27,579 nucleotides of DNA from Trichoplax sp. H2 (lineage: Eukaryota), in NCBI GenBank assembly GCA_003344405.1, contig NOWV01000188.1, positions 124,001 through 151,579 of the forward strand. Reading direction: 5' to 3'. Shown here piece by piece: positions 1-13,162 of the stretch. A program made the position numbers and the translations under genes. The first letter of the stretch is position 1, and each line of letters starts with the position of its first letter. The notes under the pieces were generated by a model that made no database searches, was not told the origin of the DNA, and saw nothing but the letters and a program-made list of their open reading frames with translations.

Positions 1-20
1 TGATAATTTCATTTCTTTAG

Positions 21-3000
21 TATTAAACGTTGCGTCTGTGGGCGAAAGAAGCATTCTAATCGGGGTCGTCCAAGGTCTAATGGAATCCTTGGTGAAATTT
101 GGGACTGGAAAACTCACACTGAAAGGCACTGTACAGATGCATTTGGTGAAGTTCAATTTTATCGTTATGGAATGAAACCTTCCACAGCCAAGGTTATCAC
201 TTAAAATGTTTATTCAGTAATACTTCCTTCTAGAATGAATTAGTCATAAGAATAGGTATAGGTGTCTCAAATCGACATCGTGCTTTTGTTGCCATTACGT
301 ATCTAGCGAAATTATAGATTGAAAATATTTCTTGATTTTAAGCCATTTCGGAGCTAATATTCTATCAATATAGTTACTAATTCTAGCTATTTTCAATTAA
401 AATTATAGTATCTACGAGTCAATGCTGATGCTCAGTCATCACGGTTACTAACATTGCTTAGCGAGTATTGGGGCATCAAAGATCCAAGCTTAGTGATATC
501 GATCATTGCTGATGGTGACGATGAATATGCAATGTCTAGAACAGCTAGAATTTCATTTTGTAACAATTTAGCCAGCGTGGCTAGAAATGCTGCTGCTTAT
601 ATTGTTACTTCTGGTTATCATATTGGGATGCTAAAAATTATTACCAAAGCACTTAATCGCAATCTAAATAGCAATGGAGAAGGTCTACAAAAAGATATTC
701 CGGTTGTTGGAATTTCAACGTGGGGTTCAGTTTTAAATAGAGAATTATTACAAAGCCAAGTGGTAAGAGAATCCCATTTCATCTTTATCTTGAGCTATCA
801 ATGTTTAATTTATCGAGTTTATATCGAATCATCCACTCAATATTCTTATTCAATAAAGAAGCAATTAAAGGTCAATGCTATTACTAAATTGAAATCATTA
901 TTGCTAAATCAATGATTGATATAGGGACATGGGTGCTATCCAGCTAAATGTGTTGCAGTTAGAAAAGCTGCTGGCCGATTTCTACCTTTAGATCCATTTC
1001 ACACTCATTTTATTTTAGCTGATGATGGCACAATTGGCCAGCGTAAAGCTGAAGAGATATTGAGACAAAATTTAGAAAATGAATTACTCAGATTGGAATT
1101 TAACGGCGGTATGAAATGCAATGGGTTAAAATAAATACCGCATAAACTGTAGTAGTTCCTCTAATCAGCCTTCACCAAGTAGATATTCTACGATAGGATT
1201 TTTTATTTATCTCCTGGATTTGATAAAGTATAACTAAACATATAGGCTTGTTTCAGTTATTATCAATGATTACATCTTGGTAAAAGGTATAGCATGCTTG
1301 TGAAGAAACTACTTCTTTAACATATTATAAAGTGATATCCAACTATAATACATAAATTACTAAATTGTTATTAAATTACATATGAACGTCAAGCAAGAAC
1401 ATAATTCTATTATGCTATAATAAAGATTAGATACAGTACTTTAATCCTAACTTAGCATACCTAAAATATTTAGCGTTATTTTAAGAAAAAGATAGCCAGT
1501 TGAACAAATTTTAACACGGTTACGATCGCTAGTTAACCTTGAAATAATTTCAATTATGAACTGATTAATACGTCTATAATTAAATATATTGAAGTAGATA
1601 TTGTATTTTCCGGTAATCTTGGTTATAGGTAAAGTTCCCATGATACAAATTGTGATTTCCGGAGATGAAAGAACTTTGGTAAAAGTCAATAAATCCCTTC
1701 AGCGTCGCATACCTGTTTTAGTTGTAGAAGAAACGGATGGTGCTGCGACTATTTTAACATTAGTTAAAGAAAGCTGGTAAGTCAAAGTATTTCAATTTTC
1801 CTCAGAAATTTATTCTATTTATTGCATAACATGATCTAAAATCGATAATTGGCAATAATCAATTTATAATAATTTTGACAAATATATCTCATCTTTCAAT
1901 AGCAAACTTCAGCTCGATTACTTAGAGCAGCGCATTTGTGAAAAATTCGGTTGGAATATTGCTGAGAAACATACCACTTTAAGAACAAAATTGCAAGACT
2001 GTTTATTGAATATCAAGGAAATTCGTACTAACATAGATTTGGTAAATTTTTTTATCTAATTTTATCGAACAGTAATAGATAATTAGATTTGATATTTCAT
2101 ATTTGGGTCCTTGATTTTATTCCAATTTTTGTTGATATAAATTTAGTTAATTGGAAGAAATTATCGAATTTTCTAAGATTAAACGATTTGCTTTATGTAT
2201 ATATATTCGTAGCAAAGAAAGGTGTTAGCATTTGACTTTTATTATTTTTATCTAGTAACAGCTAAAATCTATAGTACAATACTGTATATTGGCTATCAAA
2301 AATTAATTTAGGTTCATTTCTAATATTCATTTATATGCTACATTACTATCTAAGTATCTAGCTTTTCGTCAATTTACTATGAATATATGTTCTTAGCGAT
2401 GAAAGATGCTAGCGTTTGGCTTGTATTATTTTTCATCCAATGACGGCTAAAATCTACTGTAAACTATAGTGGCTATCAAAAATCATTTCAAGTTCTCTTC
2501 GAATGTTTATTTTGATGCTATATTGCTATTCAATATCTATCATTTCGTTTGCCTTTAAAACACCAATGCATCAATATTGAATATCATGCATTACCATGTT
2601 AATGACAATCTAAGTTTGAGGTAGACTGATCTTGTAAATTTATGACTATAATATTCTTTTAACAGTATCAGATTAAAGTAATGTTCATAGGCAATGCTTA
2701 ATCATATCTTATATTTAAATCTAAAATTTTAATAGCTATACATGGCTAATTTTACAGAATTTGATAACAGTGCTATAATTTAAGCCACAAATAGCTGATT
2801 ACTACTCTATAAAAATATGTGACCATTTGCATAGTTAATCACAGTGCCAAGCATTGGCTGATATTCTGATTATCTTAATTGCTATAATTTACAAATTTTA
2901 AGCCTGATTTCAATTTTAATAGTTCTCCATATGCTCTCTCAACTAGAATAGTATAAATAAAACTAACAGTATTTTCTATTTTTTGCAGCTATTTACTTAT

Positions 3001-6000
3001 AACAGAATGGAAGATCAGCTAGGTGATATCATTTTTGACGCCGTTGTCTATGGTAAGCACACTAGAAAAATGTAAAATTATCCACGATGCTCCCTATTGT
3101 AGAATTTGTAAATAAGTATATGGCAAACATGCGAGTAGAATTACTAACGATGATAATGAACGACTAAATCTTATATCCATATGAAAATTGTCTCATCATG
3201 CTTTAATATATATTTAAGCACGAAGGCTTGATGAGAATCAAAGTGCTCAATTAAAGATCATGTGGAATAAAATTGACGAAGGTGCTGGTGCAGATACTTG
3301 GGAAGTAAGAAATAATTTCAAATTGATATCTATATTCGTTGTAGAAAAAATGATTGCGTTATTATTATACAACATCGGAATATACTTGCGAACAAAACAA
3401 CCTGAAGACAGTAATGTCTAAAATTAAATTTACTTTCTTATCTTCTGTGTCCTAGAAAATCGATAGCGACGTTGCTATGGAGAATGCTTTACTAGGAGAG
3501 CGAGAAGATATTGTCGAATTTCTAATTAAAGAAAAGCATGGTTTAAATCTTTACCATTTTGTGACTCCACAAAGGCTACAGGATCTATATCTTTCGGTAT
3601 GATTTCCGAGTTCTTCATTCCTGTACACCAACAGATATTTGAGAAATCATCATTAAGTATCTTTCTTATATGTAATGTAAAATAATATCACCATTCTTTT
3701 GATATACGTATGTATGTATAAATTGTATATTCAGTTTTTCATGTTCTGAAAATTAAAAACATGATTAGTAAAAGTGTTGTGAAGGATTAGGAGACGAAAT
3801 TATTTGATAGTATTATCCAGTTTTTACTTTCCATATAGCATAAATGGAGATAGTAAAGGTTTGGTATGCAGCCTTTTAAATGATTTGATTTAAATCGTCG
3901 ACATTAATACTGGAATTACAGCCACGATAATATTACATGGGACCTTAGGAATACATTGGGGTAATTAGTGGCTATGTCTCATACTTAATATTGCTTCCAA
4001 TGGCTTTCGTATAATTTCTTAGCTTGTTAAAGTATACGAGTATATCCTAAGTGTATAGGTTACGTCAACATCAGATAAATCAATCTAGGTCCGGAAAGAC
4101 CTCCAAGAATCGACCGTAGATAGATTCATCAATAAAAATATTCTTACTTATATGCTAATCAATAACTTTAACTTATATTTTCTCCTGTCATTATTTGAGA
4201 TGGCAGTACGGATTTACGCGTATGTAAAATAAATGATTAAGTGTTAGAATAATTAACTTCAGCTGTTACTATATCCTCTATTATAATATGATTCACTATT
4301 GTTTTTCTCTATTTGATGCAACAGGCTCCGGAAGATAGTCTCTTAAGACTATTCATATCTAAAACTATCAGACAACATCATGGTGATGAGGCATGTAGAT
4401 TAATTTTTAGCTGCCCTTTTGAAAGTCTAAAATTATTAAAAATGCGAATGTTGAATTCCCTCGGAATGGGAAAGAAATTACTAGTTGATGTATATTTCAG
4501 TTGCCTCTTGTGAACAACTTTAATCAATTTGTATCTTATAGTATTAATTTTCTAAATCAAATTTCACTTGTGACTCTTGCTATATCACTTGGCTATATAA
4601 TATGTTGCTAAATGTCACTCTTCAAATCATTTCGATGTCATTATTTCGTTATATGCTGTTGAGTGTACCCAGCTACAATACTGCCACAGAGATTGGGATT
4701 TTATCGGTTGAAATTTTATTGATATATGATCGTGATATTATAGAGTAAACTGAATTTTCTACGCATAGAATCGGAAATCAAGTAGATATGAAGAATTGAG
4801 TTATGTTGGTAAAGCCATCGCCGATTTAATGGGCCATGATTACGATAATCCCTATACTGAAGAACGTCTACGTGGATCTAGATCCAAAATTCTCGGCTTT
4901 ATGGGATCAAATGAAAAATATCAACCTAGTGATGAGGATGACCTATTTGAGCTACTAAAACCCGACGATGGTACTTACTTTGACGATCCATGTCGTGAAT
5001 TGTTTTTATGGGCAGTGCTAACTGATCGCTATAAATTATCCATGGTGTTATGGAAACGAGTAAATTATGCTATCGCTGGAGCGTTAGTTGCTGCTAATAT
5101 CTTATTGCGTATGTCTGAAAGTACCTTGGTTATTAAAAATCCAAAGGTTGTTCAAAAATTACAAGATCGTGGCAGGTTAGAAATAATTTCAAGCCATTAA
5201 GAAATTTGAAAATAGATGATGTTTATCGACCTATTTCTGATAATTTTAACACTTTTATATTGCATCGATGTTTTTACATCGATATTTGTACGTAGTAATT
5301 TACAAGAACTATAGTGCGCCGTACTAAATTTAAGGCAAAGATGAATTTCTCAAATTTTGATTAAAATATGTACCTCTAATTCTAATATCTGACTCATCGT
5401 TACCTTTTAAGTTCGCTGGCATGTCAACAGCAATTTTAATCTTAAATTCATAAAACTTCTCATAGTTGAAAGTTATTATTCTACTCATAAAGAGCTACAA
5501 TGCATTACCATTCTTAATTATCATTCTCATAATATTTTTAAGGCTATAAAAGATTTGATGCCTAAATTTACAATTAGATTTTATTAATCTACTGTATGAC
5601 TTATAAGTCTAACTTATTAATCGGTAACTGTTTCCCTGTTTACTGAAATTTAGAAAATTTATCAAGCTGGCCTTAGGAGTAATACAGGATTGCTATGCCG
5701 AAAATCGTCAAGATGCAGTACTAGCATTTATGCAAGAATTGCCCAACTGGGGAAATTTTTCGTGTTTTGCAATCGTCTTTGCATCATCACGCATGCAAGA
5801 TATTATTGTTCATGATTGTTATCAGGATTCCTTAAATTACTTATGGACTGGCGAAATTCTAACCGAGACTCCAATGTGGAAGGTAAAATAAAAAATTTTT
5901 TCGGGTATTCCAATTTTATGCTAAGCCGTAGGTAGATTTATGTCATCTGTAAACTATTTAGAAATTGCCTAATGGCATATTTAAGTGTTTATGCCTAAAA

Positions 6001-9000
6001 AAATATTTGTTCATTCAACAACATTTTGAACTACTGATTTTCAAACTATCTAAAACTTCGAGTGATTGTCGAATACTATATTTTTAACATGTTAGAAAAG
6101 TCATTCAACGGTTTGGATTTATGCAACACATAAGTCAGTTAGCCTAATGCCATATTTAACTGCTTGCGCCTACAAAATGATAATTTATCGAGCATATCTA
6201 ATAATATTTTGGACTGCCAATTTTTCAAATATTCTAGAATATTGGGTAATGATCGAATAATATAATTTGCAATATATTCGAAAAGTCCCTCAGTGGTTTA
6301 AATTTATGTGACATATAAAGGAGTTAGTCTAATGCCATATTTAACTCATTGCGACTACAAAATAATTGTTTTTATTTCATTTAACATATCTAATAGCATT
6401 TTGAACTTCCAATTTTTCAAATTAAATTCAAATTAAAGCATTGGGAAATGCTGAATAAATATTGTTAGCAACATATGAGAATTAGTCCCTTAGCGGTTTA
6501 ATTACCGATATTGAATGAGTTTGAGATTGACGATCATATTTAATATTTGATTTACGTCATTCACTAGGTATTTTTCCTATTTTAGTAATTTTAGAGTCGT
6601 GTAGTTTAACTATTTTAAGCCAAGTCTCCATGCTTCCAACTGCAAGCTGACTAATTCTTTTCTAACGTCATATTGAATAGGTTTTGGCTTGTACCTTTTG
6701 TCCACCATTGATATTTACAGATTTTGTCAAGTTTAAACCTCACGCTGACTTAAATTCATTTCAACGCCGTAATAACATTCTGAATGATGCTGAGAAAATG
6801 GCATCGCAAGAAGATTTAGAGCGAGCAGCGGCGAAAATTTGTGAAGAACGCGAGCTAAATCAGTCTAGAAATGTGGTCGATAAATTTACCGATCAGTTAC
6901 AAGTATCCAAATTTAATATTTTACGATTAGAGAAATTTTATACAGCTCCAAGAATGATATTTTTACTTAACTTGGTAAGTGTTGTCTGGTCAGAGTTGAG
7001 AAATACTCCTTCTTTCCTTTACTATTGTTACTCTAGCAATTTTACGTAATATTGTTTGCCTGGCTATCATAAAATGTACCGTTACAAGGACTATCAGAAA
7101 TTTAATCTTCTGATAGTCCATGAAAGTACTATCTTGATCGCTGTCAGGAGCCGTTATTACCACACTTCCATTCCATTGGAACATATATAAAAATTGAACC
7201 ATATGCACTAATAACGAAATAATTGCTTATTTCTAATCTTGATTTTCGTTGTGGGTTTTTATTCAAGTTTACATACGTTGCCTTCCTGGCTGCTTATGCC
7301 ATCTTTATTATGACAAGATTTCGTGATGAAATTCGACCAGTAGAGATAATATTAATAATCTGGGTGTCAGCTTTGGTAATGGAGGAAATTCGACAGGTTG
7401 GAAAAGAGTTGCTTGCGACTGTCTCGACAAATTTTAGTTGTTATTATGTGACTCGTATCGATAATACTTGTATATGTTTCGATGATATCTTAAGCTAAAT
7501 AAGATGATTGTAGTATTTACTAACTTTCCCAACATGGATGTTAAATAGATCATCTTTGCGCCTAAAGCACGTGTGACAGATAAAGTGGATTATTGGTGGT
7601 CGGATCATTGGAATAAAACCGATGTACTAGCAGCAAGTCTCTTTTATACCGCAGTTGTTTTACGAAATCATACAGATACAGAAGAAGTTGGCAGATTACT
7701 TTACTGCGTCGACTTTATAATTTTCTTTCTTCGTTTATTGCAAATGCTGTCCATTCGTGTCAATTTAGGACCTAAAATGGCAATGATTCGTCATATGGTA
7801 AATATTTGATCATGGGCATATTATCTGATTTACCAATATAAAGAAAATTTAAACGTAATGATTCAATGAGAACAAGTTCGAAATAGATTCAAGAAATCAT
7901 TTACGATTGATTAAATTGATCATAATAATTAAAATGTAACAGATTAATTAGTAAAGTATAATCGGACTATTACATGATTTAAATGTTACAGTTACTTTAC
8001 GTGTATACTGTATGCATATACGTACATCTATATCTATCTTAGCGATAACTTACACTATTTCTTTTCTACTCCTGCTGTAGGTAAGAGATTTAATTTCGTT
8101 CATCATTATCCTCTTCGTCTTCTTAACTGCCTTTGGTATTGCTACACAAGCAATATTATATCCCATTGATGTTTGGGACGGTAACGTGGTTAAGAATATC
8201 TTCTATGTTCCATACTATCGTATCTATGGTGAATTATTTTTGGATGAAAGTAAGCTCATTGCACTTCTATTTATAAGATATGCATATTAATCATGGTTTC
8301 GAAAACTTCTTAATAATTAAACATAAAAGACTATCCATTAGCAGATACGCATAGTAATCATAATTTCAACAACTTCTTTATGCTTGAACGTAAAAGACTA
8401 TCAGCTAAGAGATATGTATATTAATCGTAATTTCGGTAACTTCTTAATACTTAATGATGAGTTAAGTAAGATTCGTATATTAGCAATAGTACCTAATTTT
8501 ATAATTTCATACAGAATTTACGAGTATAGTAAGAATTATAGGATATGATTCTACAAACTAGCAATGTACAATAAATACTATTACTCTATGATGAAATCCT
8601 AATTGGCAGGTGAAGTTATTTTACTCATGATATTAATTGATCTTAATGCTGATAAACTCTTAAAAATATCTATTTTAAAACTTACGCTAACAAACAGGCT
8701 ACTATCCTTCTATAATTGATCTTTCTAAGTTACTATCCTATTGACTATCAGATTATGAATTGGCTTTCAAGTGTCGAAGCTTAACTAATGCAACCACACA
8801 AAATCGAGCAATTTATAATTGTGCTGCTGGCGACGCTATCGTTCACATTCTAGTGGTTATCTATTTATTACTAACCACAATCTTACTTTTAAACTTGTTA
8901 ATCGCTATTTTCAAGTAAGTCTAAAATTGAGTTAATGAGCAATTTGATATATTTAGACTATCCAAACACTAAATAGCTACTATAGATTATTAAAGCTTCA

Positions 9001-11648
9001 AAATGTCGGTAGTAATGAACTGTTTCCTTAATTTAATCCAGAATTTATTCATAGAATAGCTTGTGTATTTACACTATGTTCGTAAATTGTAGTTAACCAG
9101 ACTGTTTAAATTTTAAAATCACAGTAATTATTATAATCATAATTACGAGCTACCAGTAAATAGTTCACGATTTATTCTAACTAATGCACATACTTTATTA
9201 AGTATTGCTTCATGTTCATTACTTTAACCTTAAGAATTGCATAATTCCTAATCTGATAGCTCGGTTGGGTATCTATTTTATACTCATAACTTTGAACATG
9301 TTGCAATATTTAATCATCATAGAGCTTCGATAATATCTTATAGTTTACTCGTTTTTGAGTAAATAGGAATGTAGTTTGCTTTGTTCTAGATTAAAATTCA
9401 ATATCACCATGCTTTAGAATATATGTATGCTAGGCAGAATTTCTTAGCACTCATTACCATTGGCTTATTCTCTATTCAGTAATACGTACGGAAAGATCGA
9501 GGATGATGCTACACAAATTTGGAGAATTCAATACAATAATCTACTGCGAGAATATTTGTTCCGATCGCCTAGCGTACCGCCATTAAATTATCTTCCTATT
9601 CTCTACACATTATTACCATGGAATTGGAGAACAACTGCTGAAAGCTGGAAAAGATTTTTAAAACAATTGGCCAATTTAAAGCATCTAAGTAAGATAAAAT
9701 AGCAGAAATGAGAAGTTTATAATACTAAAATGTTAGCAATATGTCTTATTTAAAGTGAAGCATGCAAATAGGTTATATTCAATTCCAATGATAGCTATAC
9801 AAAATTTTTAGAAATTCCTAGGAAAAAATTTGAAGTTTATGATGTTTGTCGATTGCAATACTGGGAGCGAGAGAAACAGTTAATTTATTTAGGCCAACTT
9901 AAAACCGATAAACAAGAAATTAAGGGAAAAGGAAAGTGGGATAAATGGGATATTTGTCTATCGCGGTGAGTTTATAACGGTAATTATATCTAGAAATGGA
10001 TATTTTGATTGCTAAATCAAATTTTTATCATATGCACACACGACAACAATTCATCTTGCCTAAATCTGGTAGCATTAGTTGATGTTAGCATATGTATCAT
10101 GAGTATAGCAATCCAGACTAAGTCTTATTGTATTTGATTTTTTAAAATTGCTTTCCACGAATTGGTAACATATTTCGTAATATTTATTGTAAGCTACAGC
10201 GGTACTCTGCAGCTGAGAAAATATAAACATAATTATAGTCCGCGTAGGCCAATCTATTGCAATATAGTATAATGTTAGCGTAAAGTGATAAGTCATAATT
10301 ACTATCATAATAGACTATTCCCTAACATGTAATCTAAATATGCTATAGTAGTTTATACATACTAAATCAGTTGATGCTTATGCATTTACATAGAATTTTG
10401 ATATCTGCAATGAATATCGAGATACATAGCACTCGTATATCATCTATTCAGAATATCATATTTTTTCGTGACGATACCATATCAAAACCAGATTATGTGG
10501 CTTAGAATTAGCTTAAAATGGTATGGTTACTATAAATACTTCCAGCCAATCATGTAATCTTGTATGGAATAGATGTAACATTGTCGTAGTTACATTCCTA
10601 GCTAGACTATTATTGTTAAGAATGGCTATTGAAATATGAATATTTGTAGACTACTACACTGCACCGATATGGCATTCCTTCGATGTTGATTCTATATCAT
10701 TATCAACCTAAAATGAGGAAAATATATCCGCTACCATATTGAATGACTGTATAAGATGGATCACTTTGCACTTTAGCAAACTCATATGAGTATCCCTATT
10801 CAAGATACTGATATTTATAGATTACTATAAAGTAAAATGTTGATATTCAACCCCATTGATTAATTTGATGCAGCTATTAATGTAAAATCAGAAAACTGTA
10901 ACTGTTGCCTATTGATGCCTAATATATCATAGTACACATATATTGCCATAGTAAATTGGGAAGTCTAATTTAGTCTACCTTTGTACAAAAAGCTTTCGCT
11001 TCTATACTTTTCTATGAATTATAAAATATAAAATAATTAATTAGAGGCTGTAAGTATAATATACTGGAAATTATAGAAAATTATAGAAGTAGACGGTTCC
11101 TAAAGATTTATAACTCATGTTTTAAATATACTAGTATCATAATAAAATTCATAGGCTATTAATATTACGTTGTGAAATTACTTGCTAACTTTGTAGATTT
11201 ATGTATAAGAGTATTTAATTATAGACCGGTATTTTATTATCTTTCTTATCAGGATGGGCGAATTAGCTAAGGAAATCCGTTCATTGAAAAAAGGCCATTT
11301 AGATTCCATTTACGGAGTCGATTCATATAGTCGCCTTCAAGGTTTGGTTAGGAGTACTTCAAAACATACCTCGTTATAATTCAAGTTTTACCGTTAATGA
11401 ATTTGCAACTTTCAAGTTGAAATCATCCATTTTTAGGGTTCTTTAAATTAGAAATTCTATAAAATTTGTAGCTTTTAAAATGTTAGCGTTTATGAAAAAA
11501 TACTTGCATATAGCGGTATATTAAGTACAGGTTTCTTCATATTTTAACATATTAAAGATGTTTTTATTCTATTGATCGTGATGTAAAATTTTTGTGCCCG
11601 ATAGATGATACAAAGTGGGCTATAAAGTCCTTGGAATGGCTGATTTAA
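21..11648 (+). CDS. TRPM: TRPM-family (TRPM2-like) cation channel, 5'-partial, 20 exons, about 1162 aa within the window
   Basis: Exons spliced by hand: 21-192, 409-762, 925-1108, 1629-1776, 1903-2041, 2989-3052, 3219-3304, 3456-3596, 4325-4390 (GC donor), 4769-5175, 5654-5882, 6681-6974, 7268-7396, 7549-7797, 8081-8249, 8752-8914, 9480-9688, 9812-9965, 11253-11341, 11605-11648. Phases are consistent throughout. TRPM motifs: CVCGR..WDWKTHT..TDAFGEVQF, KYLRV, GISTWG, HTHFILADDGT, ELFLWAVL, FYTAP, S2 EEIRQ, S3 WNKTD, LGPKMAMI, pore PYYRIYGELFLDE, S6 LLNLLIAIFN, TRP box WRIQY..EY, PPL. The start codon lies upstream of the window. Confidence 0.95.
2221..2550. repeat. Diverged direct duplication, about 183-bp period, 2 copies, TRPM intron
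   Basis: Shared blocks GCTAAAATCTA, TGGCTATCAAAAAT and ATGCTA.ATT.CTAT occur in both copies (starting near 2221 and 2405). Confidence 0.75.
5930..6503. repeat. Diverged tandem repeat, about 175-185-bp period, 3 copies, TRPM intron
   Basis: G(C/T)CTAATG(G/C)CATATTTAA occurs at 5967, 6142 and 6327, each followed by shared ATTTTG.ACT..TTTTCAAA and AGTC....GGTTT blocks. Confidence 0.85.
8274..8485. repeat. Diverged tandem repeat, about 67-bp period, about 3 copies, TRPM intron
   Basis: AGATA.G.ATA.TAATC.T..TTTC...AACTTCTT recurs at 8276, 8343 and 8410. TAAAAGACTATC occurs twice. Confidence 0.8.
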
Positions 11649-11834
11649 CTAGCTTATAAATTTGTAGTTACGCGCAATTTCATCTTTTATTGGCGCTTAA
11701 AACCATCATCTTAAACTTCTAGTCTTGTCTAATGTACTGAAGTATTTTCACAACAGCTAGTATTGCTGTATCTTTGATTATTTAATCGCCAAAGAAGCCT
11801 GTAATTTTAAACGTATGTTACGTCGAAGGGTTTC

Positions 11835-11840
11835 AATAAA
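11835..11840 (+). terminator. Candidate polyadenylation signal for TRPM
   Basis: AATAAA lies about 190 nt after the predicted stop, with a second copy near 11890. The AT-rich context makes this weak evidence. Confidence 0.3.
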
Positions 11841-13162
11841 TATCTCGTACATTAGTTAGCAAGCTTTACAAGTATGGCTGAGACAAAACAATAAATTTGT
11901 GGTACGCTCGTATTTTAATATTTTGGTAGCTATTTATTTAATCCATGCTGAAATGATTAGATTCTGAATAAAGCCATAGAACAGTATGCGATTATAATTA
12001 TACGAGATTTAGAAGGAAATAATCGCACAGATACGATACTTGCTAGTTAAAGTTTACATCCATAAATCTACTAAATAGTTTATATAAACTTGAAATGCAA
12101 ATCATAGTAGAAACACGACGAAACGTTTCAATGCTGATATATGATATATTAGTAATAAAATTTACAGTTAGCAAATTTTACAGTATAATTCAGTGCTACG
12201 TTAAATATAATATACATGAATCAGCGTCATATAAAGGGATACTTTGAAGTATTTAATCAATTCATCATAGTATGTAGTAGTGTTTGCTGACACATAAATG
12301 GATGTAACCATGAAAATGAACTTCATCTCCAAAATTCATTAGTTTCATTTCAAAATTGAATTTGGCTAAATTGAGAAAAAGTCCATTAACCAAACGTATT
12401 ATAGAGAAATCATAATAACGTAAATACTATAGTTGGCCTAGACCTTCATGTTTAATGTACTATGGGTTATAGATTTTTTAAATTTATAAAATCTGTCGAT
12501 GTAAGAACATAAATAAGTGTTAGATAGCTATAAATGATAACATAATAGACATTGTACTAACTTAATGTTGAATGATGCCATCTCTAAATAGATGAAATTT
12601 TCACTTGACTTATGTATACTACGAGTGTGTATGCAAAAAGTTCTAGAATCAGTACGATTACCTCATTTTAATACCCAAATATAGATCTCGGTTATACCGT
12701 ATTCGGTAATGAAATACATGTATGTTAAATTTATAATTCCAAAAGTTTGGTTGGTCTTTTCAGGTTAAATTAAAGACTTACTATAGAAGATACGGTGAAG
12801 GATGCTATTGATTTACTATGCTAAAGGACCAGCCAATTTAAGCTATAGAACTCATTGCATGAAATTGATTCTAATATTGCAACATTTTGTATTGCAATCT
12901 CTACTATTCATTACTCCGATACAATTGCAAAGGTTAATGAAATATATAAAATGTGACTAGTTGTTGTGCAATCATTCAAAAAATTAAACGATTCTAATCG
13001 TCCGCTAAGATAAGATTGCTAGCGAGTGGCAGCTTAACCATTAACTGTCCGCAAAACTCATCTGCCAACTTAATTCTTGTTATGTACGTGTCTAAAATAC
13101 TTATACGTTGCACCAGAGTGCAAAATATAATATAAAATCCAGCAAGATAAGTATTATAATCG

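Noticed and set aside
9822..9883. Alternative acceptor CCTAG giving an early TRPM stop
   Set aside because: The upstream acceptor at 9812 preserves the TRPM-like LQYWEREK..YL segment and the downstream frame.
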